From IMG/VR virus record IMGVR_UViG_3300028115_000009, positions 23,573 through 87,572 of that record: DNA of 64,000 nucleotides; one strand, given 5' to 3'. Positions within the stretch are counted from its first letter, which is position 1. Each line of letters begins with the position of its first letter. The stretch is from a virus. This document shows, piece after piece, positions 36,001 to 44,200 of this stretch. The translations under genes and the position numbers were made by a program. The notes under the pieces are model-generated. The model was given only the letters and a program-made list of their open reading frames with translations. It did not search any database and was not told where the DNA came from.

Positions 36001-38217
36001 CTCATTTGACAGTACTGATGCTACTATACTTTTTAGATATGTGTATGCTTGTACTGTTTGCAGTGCTTGAGATCCGAAAGTACCATTAATATATTCGTTA
36101 CCTGCAGGAGTGAAATACGACTTAGCTGCTGTTACAGTTTTTAATGTGCCGCCTCTTGAAATATCATAAATTAAAGCGTCAACTATGTAACCTGTATCTC
36201 TCTCACATTTAACTGTGTCATATGCAAGATTACCTTGCATAGTTCCAGTTCCGTTTGTTAACACACGAGGAATACCGCTGTTCTGAACGTCACTGATTCT
36301 AAACTCAGTGTCAGACACAGCAGATTCAACATAATAGATTGTTCCTGCTGTAACGCCGCCCAAAGTGCCATTGAATACAATCGGCATTCCTGGATCTAAG
36401 TTAGCAGTTGATGTTGTTGTAAAGACCTGTGTTCCAGATGTAGCTGCGGTAATGTTAACTCTGTAATTGTAACTAATCCAGTTAGTTACTTCCTTCATTA
36501 AGAATTCTTTGTTATTTTGTAAAATATGCTTTGCTTGCGGATTTAAATATCCGTCACGTACTTGCTCTAGTGCATAACGTACACTTGCCCAAGGTTTGTC
36601 AACTGTTAAGCCTGAAGCTGGTGCAGGTTCATTAGCACCTAATGGTCCAACATAAACAACGTTGTCGATTAGACCGTAGTTTGCCCAAGCTGGGAAGCCA
36701 TCAGTTGCACGTAGAATCTGTCCATCGACACCAATTGGCAATCTTGTAGGACCGTTCTCACCGTAGTAAACTAAGTCGCCTTCTGTAGTTAATGATAGTG
36801 CTTCTGAACCTAATGTTAGTAGGTTCCAGTAGTCTGCTGTTAAATCATTGTCTGGACGATTTCCTGTTGCTGCTGTATGCTTTGTTACAGCAATAAAACT
36901 ACTTGCTCCGTATATTACAACATCGCCTACATGATAGTCAGTACCAGTTTTCCAAGTAGACGAATAACCTGTCCAAGAAACACTAGTAACTGTACCGCCG
37001 CTTACACCAGTAACAGTAACTTCTGCATCGTTTGCTGGACTTGTGCCGCCAATTGACGAGCCAAGTAGTTTAATAACATCGTTTGTAGCATAGCCAGTTC
37101 CTGCAAATCCTGTTGACACCGTAATAGTGTAAACTGATTTTGATTTAACAACGTCAAACCTAGCACCAGAACCTGAACCTACAACGTTACTACCTTGTAC
37201 TTGTAAGAATGTTTCTGTGCTATATGTCCAATTAATACCGCTGTTTAATCTGCTCCAGTATGTAGCATCTGGTGGCTCATTACCTGTATTGTCAGTAAGT
37301 GCAACATAAGTTGATCCGCCTAAGCGAACTACGTCGCCTACTTTGTAACTAGATAAGACGGTCCAATCACCTTGGAAACTAAATCCAGTTGTAAATACAT
37401 CCCAATCATCTGGATTAGAAGTAGGTTGACTGTTTGTGTTATTTGTTTTAGCAACATAAACATAACCACCATAAGTAACAGTGTCACCTATTTGATAGTT
37501 AGATATATTGTTCCATGAATCTTCGAACTGGAATCCTTCAACAAATGCTTCCCAATTTGATTCATCTGCTTCAAAGTTAGATGATGTATGTGCAGTAGTA
37601 GCAATCCAAATGTTACCACCGTACTTGATAAGATCGTTAATGCGGTATCTAGTAGCAGTTACCCATTCACCTGTGTAAACAATACCGTCGCTAAATAATG
37701 TCCAGTTGGCTTGGTCATTTTCTAAACCTAAGATTGATGTTGCAGCTGATACGTGAGCAGTGTTACATACATAAACATAGCCGCCGTAACGAACTAAGTC
37801 GCTAAGTTTATATCTTGTTGAAGTTGCCCAATCACCTTTAAAGTCGAATGATGTAGCAAATTCTGTCCAGTCAGCTAAGTTTTCTTCTAGGCCTAAAAAT
37901 GTAGGAGAATCAAAAGTTGCAGATACGTGTCCATTTTCACAAATATAAACGTTTGCACCGTACTTGACAACGTCACCTGGAGCATATTCTACTTCTGGCT
38001 CCCAATCACCTTGCCAGCTTGTTCCGTCGGAAACAATTTCCCATTTTGGAATTACATCAGTGAAATCTGTGTTGAATTCCGTAGAAGAAGTATGGTTTTT
38101 AACACATATATACGATTTACCGCCGAAACTAATAACATCGTCTGCAACATATGTTGTACTAGCAACCCAGTCACCTTGCCATACAAATCTAATTCTACCT
38201 AGTTTAAATTCTGCCAT
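27049..38217 (-). CDS. Giant (3722 aa) virion structural/fibre protein
   Basis: N-terminal W..T.Y..GDVV.YGG..Y repeats (CBM5/12-like), ten helical CxRD repeats, a beta-helix-like KSPYIQNVT region, GxGY repeats and propeller-like (YG.G.FVA) repeats; paralog of 38266-46362. Confidence 0.8.
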   Translation of the reverse strand: MAEFKLGRIRFVWQGDWVASTTYVADDVISFGGKSYICVKNHTSSTEFNTDFTDVIPKWEIVSDGTSWQGDWEPEVEYAPGDVVKYGANVYICENGHVSATFDSPTFLGLEENLADWTEFATSFDFKGDWATSTRYKLSDLVRYGGYVYVCNTAHVSAATSILGLENDQANWTLFSDGIVYTGEWVTATRYRINDLIKYGGNIWIATTAHTSSNFEADESNWEAFVEGFQFEDSWNNISNYQIGDTVTYGGYVYVAKTNNTNSQPTSNPDDWDVFTTGFSFQGDWTVLSSYKVGDVVRLGGSTYVALTDNTGNEPPDATYWSRLNSGINWTYSTETFLQVQGSNVVGSGSGARFDVVKSKSVYTITVSTGFAGTGYATNDVIKLLGSSIGGTSPANDAEVTVTGVSGGTVTSVSWTGYSSTWKTGTDYHVGDVVIYGASSFIAVTKHTAATGNRPDNDLTADYWNLLTLGSEALSLTTEGDLVYYGENGPTRLPIGVDGQILRATDGFPAWANYGLIDNVVYVGPLGANEPAPASGLTVDKPWASVRYALEQVRDGYLNPQAKHILQNNKEFLMKEVTNWISYNYRVNITAATSGTQVFTTTSTANLDPGMPIVFNGTLGGVTAGTIYYVESAVSDTEFRISDVQNSGIPRVLTNGTGTMQGNLAYDTVKCERDTGYIVDALIYDISRGGTLKTVTAAKSYFTPAGNEYINGTFGSQALQTVQAYTYLKSIVASVLSNEQPLSYQSLNGVALEDRSVQIIDFTLEAEATGISKAANLIDIITTGISAGSATAIPTVTNPNTTVFIKTGTYNEILPIIVPEYTAIVGDELRTSVIQPAPAVPLLVNDKSKTTSALNRIKDLIPDLMQNIAIAPTSGNTASQAYINGYGGTTTSTNRLNTGIELISDILENGISVANAYEVSNPTPTSGTGNASDSGYANAVTQLTANKAFLQAEITAWIADQVLNETAPFTSAFTYDAVACARDTGYIIDAIIYDLTYGGNLETTVAARAYFVEGSPVYGAGEKDETLAAYARLKTIVGEVILETDVVLSPDNGELQNKDNDAGSAGAASKAEALVQEVYDTIDTDGTLASEVAADITWVPTTLTTVNTAIVAAKATIQAGAISWINENYPDLTYDEAKCSRDLGYIIDALRYDIMFGSDFRSLKAGMAYRRGIASTGIVLDSQLEPTIGSIDYVREQIKAITTGTTKVAESTALIADILENGSGSIPTSFVIPDPTGYDTGFFNARRLIKLNKDFLVAEVEAYMTDNYNALWISLDSDQKASCLRDMEYILDALEYDLTYRGNLETIVAARAYYVDGVFQEPSDQKTAALAVQARLADIIDNIAIGNTAGWTKSSSNAATQDITGTAGSAGAAAFAQDRINEIYNTIDTGDTPALISPSLTWVDSALVDLKSVIDARRSVIQQGAIDYINFIYPDLTYDEAKCARDVGYIVDAIAYDVLFGSDFRSAKAGMAYRRGITSTEYVIDNQLAATLSTISFIDEALTQLTEGSTSEVGTTTAALAVASKAETIKTVVQSGLTAVPAYVLPTPTNYNTANLVDTAYATTSNTTGVTTTYGNAADQLAVNSAFIQLEVRKWLEDSNNGFDTFWATLGADAQDKCIRDVGYIIDAIRYDLTYGGNTQSLIAGSAYYSNFVLTIGANELPATLGAYDRMRDVIGWVIAEDTGSWTKSPGNTLTQDVSGTAGNAASIEFAEDRVDDVLDWINNGEPNATIEIATDWAGLEVKTSYDALVSRRYEIIEDTVYWVEKNWQKLQYNQETCRRDTGLMTDAVIRDMLTGSNFASIKAGMAYYRILASTAIVTNNQLDASVGAVNFLKQKVKHIAATTASAHAELIINDITAYIDGGKKPTLRIKALSTVDENDAAAAITIWDNKEFIQAEVLAFIAAEYPLVEFSQEKCIRDVGLLIDALRYDLVYGGTSATQEAAMAYYVGTTLQIDENDKVATIAAYEWVKFLASDLAINQVGSPYAIQTEVTPVFRDENVQIIGDANSALRVVALMDYAIALINDGVSAFDTVTIVDVTSNVLTSDAEHNFKIGDEVSSVSGFDTVTGGQIYYIKSVPNTTTFTISETFNGTTHVLSDSTSTETLIVNKSNPDISSVNAVIKQQNLNLSGSKEIIKTAITQYIADNYPTLVYDEDKCARDVGYIVDAIGYDMMVDSNYRTIAAASAYYRGAQADLVLGAQKTATVQSYRELKNKIASYITASPTAVKRANSLMDIIINMLDKGVNETPETTGTIAYYNNVEVAKGVEILKANKNFLANEATAWVTQTFSNTVTAVSNGNNAVQTSTAHNLAVNDPVVFSDTIDELTPGITYYVKAILAPEQFTVSTTIGGTEVTIVTGGVTEATVTYSFDPVACRRDMIRYVEAVAHDLQYPGNHHALRAAILYLNAVEGSERSDMFYVRNSTGVRNMTLSGLRGNLTELNEFGTRRPTAGAYVSLDPGFGPWDTEAWITNKSPYIQNVTNFGVGCVGNKIDGALHAGGNRSTVSNDFTQVLSDGIGVWCSGNNSLTELVSVFAYYNYSGYLADLGGRIRATNGNSSYGTYGTIAEGTDTGEVPLYCEVDNLSQEAYISEVITDGDQQVFRFEFDNAGRDYTNAQYAISGSGFNATTIADETRDGAIFETRLIDLDDGNETGGADYVTAKNVAQGGDLISATIAATDTALLGAYNGMRIQITAGTGVGQYGNILTYNNGLKVAKVYKDSFENLTVTNTTVTTNVLTVASTASLYVDMPIYLSDDIGGLTAANDYYVTAITSGTQFTVSDEEGGADVTLSTATGSVTLYAAGWDHVIPGTPIAAGLDLTSGYTIEPRIKFTGPGYVATATTTSGTESIRAASYADGHFVALQNGGTATYASADGKTWTSSGALSTSANWADVAFGGGTGATARVIIGGLGGSGAVLEAELGELNSIGLPGPTQIKQINVINGGKGFSSAPTITITPTSGGGGASAVCTVLNGVIQEVIMTSTGAGYGAVPTITAETDKVTEIIVDSFGNGYKTTPTVTISGGGASESATATAVMDNEGVASITIDTVGAGYTSVPTIEIIDASAKFVAIANGSTSNANITLANAKSDNTWSAGTALPNSNFTSVTYGDGVYVAVGGAGGSGSAATSTDGSAWVSRTNITLSAGTFSGVAYGAATYVAINTGGNKVAKSANGITWAEGGTLPSSNTWASVAYGNGRFVAIATGSREVAVSYDKGATWVASPAGLPTAGNWSKVKYGQGLFIAVAEGTAVCATSTDGITWNEQALGSSAAWNGLVFGNPNSKPIWAAFTNAANNVVNYVETGAKALGRLVETDGSIISTRMVEPGSGYPNGTVVSTTSANTITLDSTARLVQNQPITFTNVTDSGLVNETPYYINTIPSGTTITVSLIAGSGTPVAIETTTLTGATFKAGPIATITDPNSTIDAPVHARQGNGALANPSFTNRGSGYQTATVEVAGDGYSDLFQASTFIAVRGLFDLPIPGSNIVFASKTGTWYKLVAVSGILGSQGNYNATFQISPALTILDAPLDGTLVTTTNKYSQVRLTGHDFLYIGTGNQADTNYPYVDITTANQDVQQLSSGGGRVFFTSTDQDGNFNVGGLFGVQQSTGTATLDADAFNLAGLQSLQLNGIGLGIGSAVITQFSTDPFFTANSDNIVPTQRAIKSYITAQIGGGQSSLNVNTLTSGVVFIANDEITTTNGGQLNIKAKMNFTGGIDGAPVALGFFLAR

Positions 38218-38265
38218 TTTAGCTCCATCAATTCTTTACTATTGTTATTTATCCAATTACATATA

Positions 38266-41200
38266 TCAGCGTGTTGGATCGACAAATGTCTTCATAAAAT
38301 ACGCCATTGCAAGGCCATCGCCTGCCCATGCCGCAGTTGGTCCAGAAACATTTGCCTTTGTCCCTATTTCAACTTGCCATCCTTCAGCACCTTCTGGAAC
38401 TGTTGATGTAATTTCATCAGGTCCGCCAACTTTAACTGTACCTGCTGTTAGCAAGCCAGTAAATGTATCTGAGCCACCTTGCGATAGTCGACTTGTTAAG
38501 TATGTTTTAATTGCCTTCTGTGTTGGTACAAGGTTATTTGAGTTTGCAACAAACGTACCGTCTGTTGAGAACGCTGTAATAACTACCGGTGATCCACCAA
38601 GAGCAACACCACCAATTTCAAGTTGATCAAGACCTTGTAGACCAAATTCATCTGCACTCAAAGTAACAATACCAGTTGCCTGTTCAACCGCAAACAAGTC
38701 ACCAACTCTAAAGTTACCATCTTGGTCTGTTGAACTGTAGAACACACGCCCGTTGTTAGTTTCTTGAACTTCGTCTTGTGGTTCTAAGTTAGTTGTAATC
38801 GGTAAGTTAGGATAATTAGATTGAATCTGGTTACCGAAACCAATGTTCAAGAAGTCATGATTGGTTAAACGTACTTGACTAAATCTTGAACGTATTGTTA
38901 ACGGATCATCGTGTGCAGGTGATAAATCTTGTGTTAAGCCCGGTGAAAGTTGAATTTCACATTCTAAGAATGGCACTTCTGTTCCACGTAATATCGTTGC
39001 TTTTGCTACCCTGTATACTTCGCCGTTACCTGTAAATTCTAAGTTATCTCCAGGTTGTGGCAATCTTGTTAAGTTTTTAACAACAATGCGTAGCCCAGTT
39101 TGGAATTCGTCAGCATAGCCTCCGCCATTAATACTAATAGATGTTGAAGTTGTATTGTAACCTTGTCCATAATTTACAAACGTAGGCGAGCTTAATACTC
39201 CGTTACCTACACGAACCTGGAATGCAGCATCTTGCGAATTGTTAGGATCAAATATATCTATAGTCGGAGAAGTAGTATATCCTGATCCTGCCTGGAACAT
39301 GTTTACACTTGTAATAGTACTATCAGTAATAGTTACCCTTGCTTGTGCTCTTGAACCAGTTGAGATTTTATGTGTAACTCCAAGATCAGATATTGCTAAG
39401 AACCATCCGTCTTTATTAATATTATCAAAAGTAAATCCTAATGCTCTATATGGAGATATTTCTCCATCAAGAATCTTCCAATTAAATCCATCTTCTGATT
39501 GGCAACAAATTCCGTCTTCGACATTTATTAATACAAATACACCATTGCCGTATTCAAAAATCGTTCCTTTAACAGCTAAGTTTGACTGGTACCAAGTAAT
39601 ACCATCGAAGCTGTAAACTGACGGTTTTTCATCTGAAGACACTGCAACGAATCTTCCGTTACCAAATTTAATTTGTGTCCAGTTACCTGCTGTAGAATCT
39701 AAAGAAGTATCAAGTGTAGATTCTGCCCAAGTGGCACCATTATCTATGCTATATTTTACAGCATGACTATCTCCTGATATAGCAACAAACGTGTTTCGTC
39801 CATAATCAATATCAATCCATTTATCATCGTCAATTGATTGATCAACTTCTGTCCAAGTACTGCCGTTGTTAGCCGAATATGCAGAAATTGAACTATCTGA
39901 AACTGCAACAAATCTTCCGTTACCATAAGTAATTGCAGTGTAGTTTCCTGTGCTTAAAGTTGGAAGTGACGACGATAACCAAGTTACACCATCTGAAACA
40001 GAGTATAGGACATCGCCAGTTTTAGAAATAAGTACCCAAGTATTATTGCCGTAACAAGCATCAACCCATCCGCCGTTATAATCTGGGTTAGGAATTAATG
40101 TTCCAAATCCGTCATCGATCTCTGGAGCATCATCAGCGCCTTTTGGAAGTATAATATCGATATCCCAATTCTCATAATCTGATGTACTTACTGCGTTAAA
40201 TCCGTTAATTGGAAATGCTATTGGATAAAATCCATTTGATGCAATTATACTGTATTCAGATATATTTATATGTGGAATATCGTTCATTGCTATTTGTGTA
40301 AAGGTCGGGGCACCATATTTAACTCTTGGCTCAATAGTGTATACTGAAGTAGAGTCAAACGTATTAACTAATAGTGTACCTGGGTTAATATGATCCCATC
40401 CTACAGCATTTAATTGCATTGAACCTGTTTCTGTATCAAGTGCTGTTACTGCGCCACCTTCAGTTGCACTAATAGTAAATTCTTTAATATTTGGTGCGCC
40501 TGTTGGGAATGACATTGAAGAAATACTGCTTAAAGATCCTGGTGCAGTTTGTAAAGTCAATGCAGTAATTGTTGCGCCTGCTGCCGGAGTTGTGTTCCAT
40601 CCGCCGCCTGTAATTGTAATAGTCTGTTCGCCTTCAATGTCATCTACAATAGTAAATGCAGCGGCACTTGAATCTTCACCGAGTGTAGCAAGTGCTTGTA
40701 TAAAATCAGTATCAGCTGCTAGATCAATATCAATAGTTATGTTATTACCTACAAAGACAGTTGTTCCAGTTGCCCAGTTGCCGGCGTCAGCATACGTATC
40801 AACTACTACTGTATCAAATTTTTCTTTTACATAATACGAAGTACCTGCTGTTATTCCTCCAAATACTTCAGTAAAGAATGAAGCTCCCATAATTGAGCCA
40901 CCATCGGCAGTAACTTGTTCTTTGTCGCCCAACGAAGTTCCTAACATTGTTCCTGAATCAGTTGTTAACGTCACTGTATCAGCGGTAGTACGTGCTATAA
41001 TTTCGCCTGCTGCTGTTAATAACGGAACAGCAGCGCCTGCTGGAGTTTCAGAGATTGTAAATGATGTAGCATCGTTAACAACCTGAATGTAGTAAACTTT
41101 ATCGTTTTCTAATCCGCCAAACACTGTTCCACTAAACACAATCGGTGATCCTGCGATGAATCCGGTAGTACTATCAACAGTAATCAAGTTCGAAGTTGCA

Positions 41201-44200
41201 GTAGTAGCAGATGCAGTTCTTGTCAGTACTGAACTTGCGATAGTAAAATCAGTACCATCAATAATATTATTAACCCAATATTGCGTTTTTTCTACTATTC
41301 CGCCTAGTGTAGCTCCTTTAAAAATAATCGGAGTCATTGGAATTAACACTGATGTATCAGCTATAGTAATAACATTAGTGCTAGTAGTTGTATCAGTAGC
41401 AGTAACATCGATTTTGTTTGCTGATATAGAGAAGTTATTAGCATCATAAATTTCATGAATATAATAAGTTGTACCTAATTCTACATCGCCTAAACTTATT
41501 CCAGTAAACTGAATTGGATATGCAATTTGCATATCTGCTGTATTTGAACCAAATAAGTATCCATTATTTGCAGGATAGTTTAGAGACATCGAACCTGTTT
41601 CATTGTTTAACGGCCAAACACCTCCTCCTAAAGAAGTTGATATTTGAATAGTAGTTTCGTCAACAATATTAAGGATATAATAATCAAAACCTGTAATAAC
41701 GCCGCCAAACGCTTCACCAGTAAAGTTAATTTTCTGATTAACTTTTAATCGTGCAGTACTTACAACTTTCATTAGGTTATTTAAATCTCCTAATGTTTCT
41801 GTTGCTTCTACAGTTGCTTGAGCAGTTGATGTTATTTCAATATTAAAATATGTAGGTGTAAACTGTATAGGTTGATCTACATAAACTGTATGGAAGTCAG
41901 CTGCTGAATCTAATCTAAATCTGTCAGAAGTTGCATCTGCGGATGCAACTTCTAAGCTGTCAAACGATTCTTTTACAACGAACGCCTGTTTGCTGCTTTC
42001 ATCATAACGCGAGATAATTCCGTACTGACCAGCACCTCGTCCGCTTGATATGTTTAATCGCATACCTTCGTATTCTACAGGTGTTGCTACTTCAGAACCT
42101 GCTAATGTTAAGTATTGAGTGTTTCCTGACTGAGCGTTGTTAGTTTGTAATTTGTAAAGCAATCCGCCAGTTGTACCGTCACCATCGAGAATGCGTGTCT
42201 GGAATACACCGCCTGATCTTAATTCATCTGCAACAATGTTAGCATTTCGTCCTGCTCCTGATACATTGACATTTGCATATGAAGTAGGAATGTAGTCGTT
42301 AGTCTCTAAGAAGAATGTTGCAGCATCGCCGATCTGCAATTGTGCTCCGTAAAAATTAGTAGTTCCTGCAATACCATCGATACCTCTTGGATAAATTCTA
42401 TATTGTAAATTAGTATTTTGTGCCGTTTGATCCCAGAAGGTAAATGTTACTCTGTACCAACCATCTTCTTCATATTTCACAAACGCACCGTATACTGCTG
42501 TAGGAATTACGCCGCCGTCATCTGTTGTTAAAGATGAAACTTCGCCTGTTGCAAAATTAAAACGCACTCGACTTGTTTTAGTCTCATACCCAGAGAATGT
42601 TGCTAACATATCGAAATATTGCGCAGTTCCTTCTTTAGCATAAATGCTTGCAGTATATGCTAATGCACTACCCGGAGGCACTGTTCCTTCGTGAGTAACA
42701 GTTAAAATACTTGTAATAGAAAGACTGTCAACTGTTACTATAATATCGTATGTATCAGGCTGTGCTCCAAAGTTTTGACCACTAATTCTAATCTGATTCC
42801 CAACAACATAGCCGCTTCCGCCATTGTTTACTGCTACAACATATCTGTCACTAAACACTGTTATATCAAATGTTGCATCAACACCTGATCCTGATATATT
42901 TTCGCCTGCTATATTTGTATACACTCCGCCTTGTGGTGCTACATTTATATCTTGATAAAAATAGCTGGAATCAGTTAAGTTTGTAACACCTTCAACTTTC
43001 CAGGCACGTTGTCCAACATAAGGCGATGACGATGCAGTAGTAATATTAAGATTTGAATCTGTAGTCCATTTACTGCTATCTAAGAAGTTGTTACTATGGT
43101 ACAACAAGTTAGTTGTTGATTCGTAGTATTCTTCGCCAGCGTGATCAAATTGTAGTTTTAGTACTTCTGCGCTTGCCCCTAATGCAGATACTGGAGTTGC
43201 AGTTGCTTGATAACTTCTGTTGTTAACGTTGCCGACTGCTGGAATTTCTTCATCGTCGAACCCTTCTGCAACTACGCCGTACTTACCGTATGAGCTGTTA
43301 CCGTTTGTAGCACGAATTCTTCCACCGTCTTCTGCAAAATAGCCTGCGTAGTTGTAGTACGAGAACACCGAAACTGCTTCAACAAGTGCATCACCACCTG
43401 TACACCATAGGCCAATGCCGTCTGATATAATTTGTGTAAAGTCGTTACATACCATTGAACGGTTTCCACCATTATGTATTGTACTATCGATCTTCATGCC
43501 TACGCAGCCTAAACCAAAGTTAGTTACGTTTTGAACATACGGAGATTTAGTAGTAATCCATGCAGTAGTATCGTCCGGTCCTTCACCTGGATCAAAACTT
43601 ACAAATGACCCGCCTGATGGTCTACGTGTTGAAAATTCATTTTCAGGAGTTAACGTTCCTAATAATCCACTTAATGTCATATTACGAATACCGGTACCGT
43701 TTTGAACACGGAACATATCGCCAATTGCCTGACCTCCGTAGACATACATGTATCCAATATTAGTAAACAGCGGAACAGGGTCTCCATCTGGCTCTGCTGC
43801 TACTTGGAATGTAGTGTCTGTAATACTATCACCAATTACATAATATGTAATACCTTGAACAATATTGTCGCCGCCAATCATTGTACTAATTTCATCGACC
43901 GGATTTAATGATACAAACTGTACTGGAGTATTGTGTTCCATGTTAACAGTTGATCCAACTACGAACTGGTTAATGTCACCGATTGTTCTGCGGCAAAGTG
44001 TGTTAACAGGGTTAGCAGGTTTAACCGCTGCGCCACGTAATTCGTCACCGTTTAGAGCTGTTTTTGCAGGAATTACTATAGGAAGTATTTCTTCATATGT
44101 GCCTGATTTAACGTTAATAGTTGTATAAGCGCCTTGATTTGCTGGCGGAATACCATTAGGTGAACCTGCTGCAAATGCACTTCTAATAATTCCTTCTAAG

